Assembly: GCA_052389415.1 (NCBI GenBank)
Contig: JBQTHX010000055.1
Coordinates: forward strand, 31,714-95,713
Reading direction: 5' to 3'
DNA from: Nitrosopumilaceae archaeon
GTDB lineage: Archaea > Thermoproteota > Nitrososphaeria > Nitrososphaerales > Nitrosopumilaceae
Length of the DNA: 64,000 nucleotides
Shown here piece by piece: positions 38,337 to 46,779 of this stretch. The notes below the pieces were generated by a model. It saw only the letters and a list, made by a program, of their open reading frames with translations. It ran no database searches and had not been told where the DNA came from. A program made the position numbers and the translations under genes. Every line of letters begins with the position of its first letter. Within the stretch, counting starts at the first letter, position 1.

Positions 38337-38372
38337 GGAACCAAAAAATGAACATTATGATCGTTATTCCCA
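38337..38372 (+). repeat. Degenerate internal att-arm copy
   Basis: GGAACCAAAAAATGAACATTATGATCGTTATTCCCA versus GGAACCAAGAAATGAACAGTATAGTCGCTAATCCCA at 44140. Confidence 0.7.
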
Positions 38373-38434
38373 ATTGATTTGATCGCTCCATCGCAGGTAA
38401 TCTCGCAATACCCCTGCTCTATTAAACCAAAAAT

Positions 38435-39280
38435 ATGTATGAAAATACCTTGGCAAAATCAATCCTACAGTACTATTGTGGCAACTGTGACGGCATACTC
38501 AAAGAGACAGAAGAGAGTCTCTCATTACCTCTCATAGAACCATGCCCATTCTGCGGCACGCTCTTGTCTGGAACACTACAAAGAAGATCCTTAAACCAGA
38601 GACCAAAAACGTCTTTCCCAGAATTTCAAAGGGCATCACATCTTCCAAGACTTACTCTAAACATACCAAAATTAGATTCAATTCTTCACTTTCTTACATT
38701 AGACCAGAAAATTTGCATTACAGGTGTACAGACTCAAAAATTGATTGAGAGAATATGCATCCGTGCACAACTTCCTTCCAAATATGGCGGGCTTGGTACC
38801 AAAGTACTGTTAGTCGATGGTGCAAATAGCTCTGACATTTACCAGTGTGTAGATTTTGCGCAGAAATACGGATTGGATGTAAAAAAAGCCCTGAAAGGAA
38901 TAGTTACAACAAGAACCTTTACTGTATATCAGTTAGCTAATTTTATCATTTATGAATTAGAAAATGCAATCAAATCCCATGATGTAAAACTTGTCGTAAT
39001 AACTAATCTCTTGTACTATTTTACAAATGATCCTTATCTTGATACAAGCGAGATGCAACAAATTATAAAAGAAGTAATAAAATCACTAGAAAAAATAAAC
39101 AACTGTCTAGTAATTGTATCACTAGGATCTCAAACTAGATTTGATAATATGATACTTCAATTATTTTCTTCAACAATCAAAATAACACCACAAAATAATG
39201 TCTTGTCTGTAGATATAAACAATCAAGGAAGACAACACTCCATCACTTTACTAAACAACGAGCTAGAGAAAGTTCAATAG
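38435..39280 (+). CDS. Inactivated RadA/RecA-like protein (iRadA) with N-terminal Zn finger
   Basis: CGNC...CPFC; RecA-fold motifs VLLVDGANS, RTFTVYQL, KLVVITNL; no intact Walker A. Confidence 0.82.
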   Translation: MYENTLAKSILQYYCGNCDGILKETEESLSLPLIEPCPFCGTLLSGTLQRRSLNQRPKTSFPEFQRASHLPRLTLNIPKLDSILHFLTLDQKICITGVQTQKLIERICIRAQLPSKYGGLGTKVLLVDGANSSDIYQCVDFAQKYGLDVKKALKGIVTTRTFTVYQLANFIIYELENAIKSHDVKLVVITNLLYYFTNDPYLDTSEMQQIIKEVIKSLEKINNCLVIVSLGSQTRFDNMILQLFSSTIKITPQNNVLSVDINNQGRQHSITLLNNELEKVQ

Positions 39281-39547
39281 GTGAACATCATGGGAAGAAC
39301 AGTTCCTTCTTTTCGCATTGCATTGTATCAAGAAGAAGTAAGATGGAAAAAGTTTCGTGCAGCACTGGATAAAAAGGAGAGAAAATCCTTTGATGAAATG
39401 TTTGCCATTGCCAGACTTTACATTTCAGCTTGCATGATGTCATGCCGACCAGTTAGGATACAACCCATACTTTTAGCCATAATTTTTCACCATTTCAAGC
39501 AAATTTCATGCCTAGGAGGTCAGATTGAGCCTATTTCCAAAGGATGA
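39281..39547 (+). CDS. PolB2-associated small protein (arCOG07300/PPB2-like)
   Basis: MGRTVPSFRIAL..E..RW..FR.AL...ER..FDEMF family signature. Confidence 0.85.
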   Translation: MNIMGRTVPSFRIALYQEEVRWKKFRAALDKKERKSFDEMFAIARLYISACMMSCRPVRIQPILLAIIFHHFKQISCLGGQIEPISKG

Positions 39548-39761
39548 CCTACTTTCAAAGGAGATAGAATCCTGGAAGGCATTTGAGGATAGCCTACGAG
39601 AAGATGATAGAAAGATATTCCATAAGATGATTCAACAATGCTATAGTCATATCAAGGCAATTAACACCAAAGGCGAGCCATACACCACTGAATCAATGTT
39701 AATGTCATTGATTCTAACACAACAACGGATGATTGAATTTTTATTAAAAATTAAAAAATGA
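39525..39761 (+). CDS. Second PPB2-like paralog
   Basis: EIESWKAFEDSLREDDRKIFHKM aligns with the preceding gene; overlaps the polB2 start. Confidence 0.75.
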   Translation: MSLFPKDDLLSKEIESWKAFEDSLREDDRKIFHKMIQQCYSHIKAINTKGEPYTTESMLMSLILTQQRMIEFLLKIKK

Positions 39762-41920
39762 AAACGGGATGGTTATTTGATGTATATCCACTACACGACA
39801 GAATCATTTTATGGATTAAAAACAAGAAGACTTTTAGAATTGAAAAAGAATGGACTCCGTTTCTTTATGTTGCTAGCAGTAAACACAAGCTAGATGCTTT
39901 ATTAAAAAATCAAAGGATACTTGAATTTGTAAAATATATTGAATGGGTTGACAGAATCGAAAAAGTTTCTGATCTGAATACATCTAAAGTGTTAAAATTA
40001 ACAGTAAAAGATTCTTCCTATCTTGTCAGACTGGCAAAAACAATTGAAGGAGTTGATTCGTTTGGAATCTACAGACTGTACAACGTTGACATTCCTCCAG
40101 AACAAACTTACTTGTACGAACATGATTTGTATCCACTAGCAAAATATGAAATTCAAGACACATGGAAGGAACTTTCTGATATTGAAGAGACAGATTACAA
40201 ACTGCCAGCATTTTCAAAAATAAGATTAAAAGTGAATGCAAGAAATACTCAAAAACTTGCTACATTTTCTGATAAAATAAAATCCATTCAAATCGACAAA
40301 ACAATACTAGAATCTGATTCAGAAGAAAAAATGATTCTTGATTGTGTAGATATGATTCAAGACATTGATCCTGACTATATCATTACAGAAAAGGGAGACT
40401 CGTGGGATCTTCCTTTTCTTGCACAAAGAGCCCATGAAAATCAGGTTTCCGATAGACTCGTTTTGGGACGTGAGAAAAATCACCCTATCTCAAGGCCAAA
40501 AAGGGACGGAACGTCATATTTCTCCTATGGCCAGATACACTTCAAGCCTACGGCTACAAAATTACTAGGCAGAATCCATCTTGACATGTCAAACTGTACT
40601 CTCTGGAAGGATGAGATCTCTATTCAAGGGGTTTACGAGGTCGCAAGAACCTGCAGACTTCCAATTCAGACGGCAGCAAGAGCATCGATTGGAAAATGCA
40701 TGAGCTCAATCCAGTTTTATAACGCAACAAAACGTGGTTTGCTGATTCCATGGAAACCAATAGTATCGGAAATTGTAAAAAACAGAATGGATTTGTTAAT
40801 TGGAGACCGTGGAGGACTGATACTAGAACCTTTAATTGGTGTACATGAAAATGTTGGCGAGGTTGATTTTGCATCTCTGTTTGGAAATATCATGCTTAAA
40901 AAAAATATTTCCGCAGAAACAATTGATTGCAAATGCTGCCCTGATTCTAACAATATAGTACCAGATCTTGGTTATCATATTTGCAACAGAAAGGGAATTG
41001 TTCCACAATCTCTTAAACTATTGCTGGACAAGAGACAAAAATATACAGAACTAATTGAAACAACAAAAGACAAGAAAAAATTAGAGACATACAAGGAAAG
41101 AAAGGCCGCACTGAAATGGATTTTGGTGACATCATTTGGATATTTGGGATTCAATAATGCCAAGTTTGGAAGAATAGATGCTCATATGGCAGTCTGTGCA
41201 TTTGCAAGAAATCTTTTGTTACAAGCAATAAAAATATCCGAGAAAAATGGATTCAAAGTCTTGCATGGGATTGTGGACTCGTTATGGATTCACAAAAAGA
41301 ATGCGACAAGATCTGATTATGATGATATCAGAAATAAAATTGCGGAAGAGACAGGATTTGATCTATCACTTGATGTGTACAACTGGATTGTATTTTTACC
41401 ATCTAAAGAAAACAAGATTGTTCCTGTTCCAAACAGATACTTTGGCTCAAACCAAAACCATGAGCTAAAACTGCGTGGAATCGAAACAAGAAGGCATGAC
41501 ACTCCGGAATTTTTCAACCAATGCCAACATGAGATTCTAAACCTCTTTGCGTCTTGTAAAGGGGTAAATGAGATAAAGAGGGCAATTTCTGAGGCAAGGG
41601 GAATCCAGGAAAGGTATAGAGAACGACTTCTCAGACACAAAGTACCTCTTGATGACCTTGTATTTACCAACAGAGTCACAAGAGGTACTGGAGAGCACAA
41701 GAGCAATACAATCCAAGCCGATGCAGTAAACCAGCTCAAATGGGCAGGTCGTACCATATCGCCAGGTCAGAAAATAAGATATGTAATTAATGACTATACA
41801 AGAAGAATCTCAAAGCGTGTTGTTCCAATAGAGATTGCAGGATCGAATTACGATGCAAAAAGATATTCTGAACTTTTGGATGAGTGTTGCAAGTCAATAC
41901 TAGAGCCATTTGAGAATTAA
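39758..41920 (+). CDS. polB2: Family B DNA polymerase, PolB2 group
   Basis: Motif A DFASLFGN, motif B KWILVTSFGY, motif C HGIVDS (instead of YGDTDS), RGIETRRHD; eroded exonuclease domain. Confidence 0.92.
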   Translation: MKTGWLFDVYPLHDRIILWIKNKKTFRIEKEWTPFLYVASSKHKLDALLKNQRILEFVKYIEWVDRIEKVSDLNTSKVLKLTVKDSSYLVRLAKTIEGVDSFGIYRLYNVDIPPEQTYLYEHDLYPLAKYEIQDTWKELSDIEETDYKLPAFSKIRLKVNARNTQKLATFSDKIKSIQIDKTILESDSEEKMILDCVDMIQDIDPDYIITEKGDSWDLPFLAQRAHENQVSDRLVLGREKNHPISRPKRDGTSYFSYGQIHFKPTATKLLGRIHLDMSNCTLWKDEISIQGVYEVARTCRLPIQTAARASIGKCMSSIQFYNATKRGLLIPWKPIVSEIVKNRMDLLIGDRGGLILEPLIGVHENVGEVDFASLFGNIMLKKNISAETIDCKCCPDSNNIVPDLGYHICNRKGIVPQSLKLLLDKRQKYTELIETTKDKKKLETYKERKAALKWILVTSFGYLGFNNAKFGRIDAHMAVCAFARNLLLQAIKISEKNGFKVLHGIVDSLWIHKKNATRSDYDDIRNKIAEETGFDLSLDVYNWIVFLPSKENKIVPVPNRYFGSNQNHELKLRGIETRRHDTPEFFNQCQHEILNLFASCKGVNEIKRAISEARGIQERYRERLLRHKVPLDDLVFTNRVTRGTGEHKSNTIQADAVNQLKWAGRTISPGQKIRYVINDYTRRISKRVVPIEIAGSNYDAKRYSELLDECCKSILEPFEN

Positions 41921-41979
41921 AATTCTCCCAGGGTCTTTTGATTCTTGTCAACAAAATGTAAAAATCAAGTGCGGATGAA

Positions 41980-41997
41980 TTTCCCAAATTTGGGAAA
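41980..41997. promoter_or_regulatory. Perfect 18-bp palindrome upstream of the 42034 gene
   Basis: TTTCCCAAATTTGGGAAA is its own reverse complement. Confidence 0.45.
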
Positions 41998-42033
41998 ATA
42001 AAGTTAATATGCTAATTACTGAAGAAATTAAGG

Positions 42034-42444
42034 ATGACAAATTTCAAAATCGGAAAAAAGGCATTTGTCCTAAGTGCTCTAGTTGCACTATCACTTGGAA
42101 TCATAACCTTTAATCCCACACACGCAGCTCCTGCGATAGTGGAAATTGGGCCTGGGATTGGCTGCACTTTATTTGACGGTGATGGCAGCGTGGCATTTGC
42201 ACCTGACGCACAGGGAGTTGTAACGCAAAGCAATAATGGCAACATTAAGCTTACTTGCCATGCAGAAAACGTACCAAACAATCAAGGAAAAGCAGTTCGC
42301 TATGACAGCAACAACAATCCATTTGGTCCGGGACAACCATGTGTTTACCAAGGGGAGGCTACACTAAATTGGAAGGAAGTTGTTAGCGATAATGGCGATG
42401 GTACTGGCGACGCTACGCTTGTATGTCACTTCAAGACAGCCTAA
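42034..42444 (+). CDS. Small secreted Cys/Gly-rich protein
   Basis: Signal peptide ending THA-A; four Cys; T-rich terminator-like tract after the stop. Confidence 0.75.
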   Translation: MTNFKIGKKAFVLSALVALSLGIITFNPTHAAPAIVEIGPGIGCTLFDGDGSVAFAPDAQGVVTQSNNGNIKLTCHAENVPNNQGKAVRYDSNNNPFGPGQPCVYQGEATLNWKEVVSDNGDGTGDATLVCHFKTA

Positions 42445-42515
42445 CCACACCAAATATTCTCTTTTTTTAAAATCCTAGTCTACGTTAACGTCAGGTTCAA
42501 GATTTTAGTAAGGGT

Positions 42516-43307
42516 TTAGAAATCTCCCAACGTTTTCTGCTTCTTATCAGCAAAACTCAGATTCTCAAGTCCAAGCAACCTTCTAAATTCATTTACAGAG
42601 CCCGGAGCAAAACCCTGAAAATGGTTGTTAAGATTTACATATGCAATTGGAACATTTGTATTTTTTAAAATATCAATCCATTTTTTCATTTCCTTTGTTC
42701 TATCTTTTTGAATTTTTCCAAATTGATCTTCAGGAATACTCCTGTCACCGATCAATCTAAGATAGACAAAATCTGTAGTAATTGGTGCTGGATTATTAAC
42801 GCCATCAACTTCGTTCCAAATAAGACAGACATTTTTTTCTCGAAGATATTGGAAAACCTTATCGGAAAACCATGATTCATGTCGTCCCTCTAATGCATAT
42901 CGAAAGGACTTTGGAAGGTGGTTTAACATTTTGTCTAATTTCTCTTTTGCCTCTTCAAATGATAGAGAGGGTGGAAGTTGGATTACAATCACATTCATTT
43001 TTGATTTCATTGGTGTTATAGCTTGGAGAAATTGATCAAGGGATGGTCCAGGTTTTAGTCTGTTGTCATGGGTAATTATTTTTGGAAGTTTTGCTGTGAA
43101 AATGAAATTTTCAGGAGTGTCATTGTACCATTTTTTAGTCATTGCCTGAGATGGAATGCGGTAAAAGGTAGAGTTGACTTCGGTAATATCAAAAATTCCG
43201 GAATAATGCTTCAAGTGGTATTTTGCATCAAGGGAATTTGGATAAAAAGGTCCGATCCATCCGGCATAACTCCAACCCGTGCATCCTATTTTTATCTCCA
43301 ATAACAA
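42516..43307 (-). CDS. DUF72 (YecE/YunF) family protein
   Basis: IGCTGWSY..W, EVNSTFY, QLPPS, EGRHESW, YLRLIGD, NNHFQG. Confidence 0.93.
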   Translation of the reverse strand: MLLEIKIGCTGWSYAGWIGPFYPNSLDAKYHLKHYSGIFDITEVNSTFYRIPSQAMTKKWYNDTPENFIFTAKLPKIITHDNRLKPGPSLDQFLQAITPMKSKMNVIVIQLPPSLSFEEAKEKLDKMLNHLPKSFRYALEGRHESWFSDKVFQYLREKNVCLIWNEVDGVNNPAPITTDFVYLRLIGDRSIPEDQFGKIQKDRTKEMKKWIDILKNTNVPIAYVNLNNHFQGFAPGSVNEFRRLLGLENLSFADKKQKTLGDF

Positions 43308-43345
43308 AGAGTTTTTGAACTAAAATCTAAATCTTGGTTCTAAAT

Positions 43346-43371
43346 CTGGAATCATGAACTGAACATTTTAG
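43346..43371 (+). repeat. Degenerate internal att-arm copy
   Basis: CTGGAATCATGAACTGAACATTTTAG versus CTGGAACCAAGAAATGAACAATATAG (21/26). Confidence 0.6.
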
Positions 43372-43510
43372 AACTAAATCTACAAGAGAGCAATATTATC
43401 AAGGCTAGCTTCAATACATACTCTGGAATATTCCAGACTTTCTGCTTTTGAACATTCATCTTTTTTTCCAAATAACTAATAATACCCTGGAGAATTCATT
43501 ATAAATTCAG

Positions 43511-44023
43511 ATGAATTTTATGTTAAAATCTAAAAACATACCACATGGAGTAATCTTAATCTCAATATTTTTACTAGTTAATGGAATAATTCTTGCCATT
43601 GTTCCAATTCAGATCATCATAAATAGATCATTTGATGATTGGGTTAGAAACTTATTCTGGCATCCATTGGTTCAATTAACCTTCTGGATTCCAACCGAAT
43701 CAATTCAGCTACCAGATCCATGGTATGTTTCTGTATTGGATGTTGGAGTGGGAGTTCAATTCCTTATCTTGTTATTTGGAATAGCTCAATTTCTTGGAAT
43801 TTTTGGAATCTATCTTTTCAAGAAATGGACTAGAAATTTTATAATTATTCTCATGTGTATTAACATTTTTTCAATAATTCCATTAACAGTAATCTTGATT
43901 CCAGCGTTAGGTAATCTTTCGCCTATAGGATCCCTTATTTCTGGAGGTATTCCGATTGTCTCTTTCTTCATTATTCATCATATGCGTAGGCCGCATATCA
44001 AAAATTTTTTCTCAAATCCCTGA
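43511..44023 (+). CDS. Multi-TM membrane protein
   Basis: About four hydrophobic segments; C-terminal RPHIKNFF. Confidence 0.72.
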   Translation: MNFMLKSKNIPHGVILISIFLLVNGIILAIVPIQIIINRSFDDWVRNLFWHPLVQLTFWIPTESIQLPDPWYVSVLDVGVGVQFLILLFGIAQFLGIFGIYLFKKWTRNFIIILMCINIFSIIPLTVILIPALGNLSPIGSLISGGIPIVSFFIIHHMRRPHIKNFFSNP

Positions 44024-44075
44024 TATTAGCAACCTATATGTTAAAACACGAAGATAATCATCCAACAAACTTCTT

Positions 44076-44184
44076 TCCAACAAATTATAACGTACCATCT
44101 AACCTAATAGCTTCAGTTTTCCTGCGTAGAGGACGCTCTGGAACCAAGAAATGAACAGTATAGTCGCTAATCCCATCGGGTCCG
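44076..44184 (+). repeat. 99-bp copy of the attR-flanking arm, ending in a tRNA-3'-end-like core
   Basis: 44076-44174 versus 46625-46723 is 94/99 identical; core AATCCCATCGGGTCCG at 44169-44184. Confidence 0.92.
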
Positions 44185-44262
44185 TGAAAATTTTTTTTAT
44201 CGGTTGCAATCAAAATACAATTTATCAGCAATCTCTAAAGCATTCTGTCTTGATTTTATGAT

Positions 44263-46059
44263 ATGAACCATCTCTACTTTGTAATTCCTCTATTTGCATT
44301 GATAATAATTCAATATGCAGACGGTGTTCCTGCAAGTTCGATTGTAACCAAAGATGCTTTAGGTAATGAAATTGATCCCACTTTAAATCAACAGGTTTTC
44401 TTTAATTATGATATTGCAAATGGTGATAAATCCTCCAAGGCTTTTGAAATTGATCTTTTTATAATTCTGGATGATACCAATGAACAGATTTTTTACAAAA
44501 AGCAGCAATTACAGTTGAAACCGGACGCATGGACAACAGTAACTTGGAGTTTTACACCTTTAAAACCTGGTAACTATACCGCAAAAATAATTGAGAATGA
44601 TATTTCACATTCGTACGGTTTTGTCATAAAAAACGATGTGCTGACACAACATGGGAATAACCTTTGTGATGAATTTTCAGTTTTAAAAAAGGCAATGCCG
44701 ATTGAATTAAAATATGAAATTGACGCTGGAAAGATAACCAAGATTTGCAAGCTTGAAAATGATGTATCAGTCGTAGTCAAAATTGAAGCTGACTCTAACG
44801 GTCGATTCTCAATAGAAATTCCAAAGAAATTAGTGTACTCACTTTTAGATGATTGTGAGGAAGGGGAAATTTTTGTCTTAATGGATAATGCTGAAATAAT
44901 CCCAGTTGACACCAAAAGTACAATTTCAAATAATATAATGACAATTGAGTTTCAAAAAGGAGAACATGTTGTTGAATTTGTTGGCACCAATATGGTTTCC
45001 CAAGGTTCCAAATTTTCACCTGCCATTTACTGTGGGATTGTAAAAGGATATAATTTGCAGTATTTGCCACCAAAAATCCAAATTGAAAATGGTGTTTCTT
45101 TACAAGATATTAGATGCAATAAAGGATTGGAATTGATATTCAAAAATACGAATGATTTTCCTGCATGTGTAAAACCAAAAAGTTTGCTTCGACTTGTGGA
45201 TCTCGGTTGGGGTCATATCGCAAATGTTTTTGAAACGAAAACAGATCTACTGAATACTAAAATTACAGGTGGCAAGATTATTGGATTCAAATTTGATGTT
45301 GAAGCTGCAAGTATTGTAATAAATCTAGAAACAACAAATGATGGGAGCCTGACACTGTCTATTCCTAAAGCTCTTACTGACTCGATGTCTTGGTATAAGA
45401 ACAATCCAAGTCATGGTGCCTTAATTGATGGACAATTTTTGGAGCTTAACGAAATCATTACTTCAGGAGGTACCACTGTAATAATTCCATTCAAACAAGG
45501 AGCTAAAACAATAGAGATTTTTGGTTCACATGAACACAAAGTTACAAACTGTCCTGTAGACGAATCACTAGATCTTATTCCTGTAAGATTTGATCAGTTT
45601 GGAAACCCTCTGAGACTAGTATTTTTTGTGGAATCCAATTCTACTGCACAGATATGCATTAGGTACACGTCTGGTCTAGATAATCAGGGTACCAAGTCTG
45701 TTGCGGACAAGTTGATAGTGGATTACTTTAACAACCAAAAAAGTCATATCTCTTCTGACGTAACGTCATCTGCTGAACCAAGCTCTGTTCCACTTGCGAT
45801 TGGCTCGGAAACTTTTGTTCTATTTACAATTACAGCACCAGCTAATTCAGATGGAGTTTACTGGTTACCAGAGGGTCAGATGTGCGATGCTATTCCGATA
45901 GTTGTCTGGTCTGATCTCCCACAGGTTAATTCATCAGAACTGACAGTAATTGTGGGGTTTCATAGTTGCGGACCACAAATGCTTACCGCCAAAATAGTTG
46001 GATTTTCAGGAGCAATAATGGACTACAAACCTGCAAAACCAATTGGATATCGAGATTAA
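44263..46059 (+). CDS. Multidomain secreted surface protein
   Basis: Signal peptide; Ig-like segment (WSFTPLKPGNY); two PEFG-type domains; PPKIQ..GV..DIRC..GL..PACVKP Cys motif. Confidence 0.8.
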   Translation: MNHLYFVIPLFALIIIQYADGVPASSIVTKDALGNEIDPTLNQQVFFNYDIANGDKSSKAFEIDLFIILDDTNEQIFYKKQQLQLKPDAWTTVTWSFTPLKPGNYTAKIIENDISHSYGFVIKNDVLTQHGNNLCDEFSVLKKAMPIELKYEIDAGKITKICKLENDVSVVVKIEADSNGRFSIEIPKKLVYSLLDDCEEGEIFVLMDNAEIIPVDTKSTISNNIMTIEFQKGEHVVEFVGTNMVSQGSKFSPAIYCGIVKGYNLQYLPPKIQIENGVSLQDIRCNKGLELIFKNTNDFPACVKPKSLLRLVDLGWGHIANVFETKTDLLNTKITGGKIIGFKFDVEAASIVINLETTNDGSLTLSIPKALTDSMSWYKNNPSHGALIDGQFLELNEIITSGGTTVIIPFKQGAKTIEIFGSHEHKVTNCPVDESLDLIPVRFDQFGNPLRLVFFVESNSTAQICIRYTSGLDNQGTKSVADKLIVDYFNNQKSHISSDVTSSAEPSSVPLAIGSETFVLFTITAPANSDGVYWLPEGQMCDAIPIVVWSDLPQVNSSELTVIVGFHSCGPQMLTAKIVGFSGAIMDYKPAKPIGYRD

Positions 46060-46181
46060 TTTTAAAATATGGTTACAATTTATCAGCAATCTCCAGGAAC
46101 GCCATGCATTCTGTAAATGATATGAAATATTTTTTTCTGTTTGCTATTTTGTTATCAATTATCTTTATTTTCCTTTTAGAG

Positions 46182-46589
46182 TCAAATTTTATCAGTACCG
46201 ATTATTTCGATTTCCTGATTACCCTTAACAAATGTGATGGTTAGTGTTCTATATGAGCTAGTTTTTGCTTCTATGTAAGGCGATTCTTCCCCATCTACTA
46301 TCAAAAATAAATCATTATCAGGGGTACCATTTTTTGAATCAATAAGCCCATGAGGTATTATCACAGTTATTTTTCCATCGTTTAATGTTTCTAAAAATAT
46401 AATTACAGAATTGGATTCTGAATCTTTCTTTGCACCTAACACATTACCGCCATTAATGGTATATTTTAATGAAAAAGGACTATCTTTTACTTCGACAATT
46501 TTTTCTTCAGATGGGGAATAAATCATAATGAATACTATTGAAGTGAGAATTGCCATTGTAACAAGGATGCCAATTACAAGTCTGTCCAT
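46182..46589 (-). CDS. Membrane-anchored PEFG-type domain protein
   Basis: N-terminal TM; YTINGG...DSESNSVII.LET..DG.ITV.IP..LID...DGEE..Y...RTLTITF..G..EIEIIGT. Confidence 0.78.
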   Translation of the reverse strand: MDRLVIGILVTMAILTSIVFIMIYSPSEEKIVEVKDSPFSLKYTINGGNVLGAKKDSESNSVIIFLETLNDGKITVIIPHGLIDSKNGTPDNDLFLIVDGEESPYIEAKTSSYRTLTITFVKGNQEIEIIGTDKI

Positions 46590-46624
46590 TGACTTCTAAA
46601 ATCAAAGTTTTGTTATAACGATTC

Positions 46625-46737
46625 TCCAACAAATCATAACGTACCATCTAACGTAATAGATTCAGTTTTCGTGCGTAGAGGACGCTCTGGAACCAAGAAA
46701 TGAACAATATAGTCGCTAATCCCCCCTGGTCCACCAT
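46625..46737 (+). repeat. attR arm plus core
   Basis: Ends with the 20-bp duplicate of the tRNA-Ala(CGC) 3' end at 46718-46737. Confidence 0.93.
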
Positions 46738-46779
46738 ATCCCAAAAAACAATATACAGCTAGTGAAGATAATGTGAATA

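Larger units (their letters stand above)
30865..46737. mobile_element. Complete ~15.9 kb integrated element at tRNA-Ala(CGC)
   Basis: Perfect 20-bp direct repeat AATCCCCCCTGGTCCACCAT at 30865-30884 and 46718-46737; integrase next to attL; housekeeping-type genes on both sides. Confidence 0.93.

Noticed and set aside
45966-46244. 92-aa plus-strand ORF as an intact gene
   Set aside because: Overlaps both neighbours; only the signal-peptide-like stub after the duplicated leader looks gene-derived.
30865-46737. Casposon, pipolin or provirus interpretation of the PolB-carrying element
   Set aside because: No Cas1, no terminal inverted repeats with target-site duplication, and no recognisable capsid, terminase ATPase or portal. 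The polymerase has PolB2 signatures and partners rather than protein-primed or primer-independent PolB features.
38337-46737. CRISPR array
   Set aside because: The repeats are kilobases apart and separated by whole genes; no regular repeat-spacer array or cas gene anywhere in the window.
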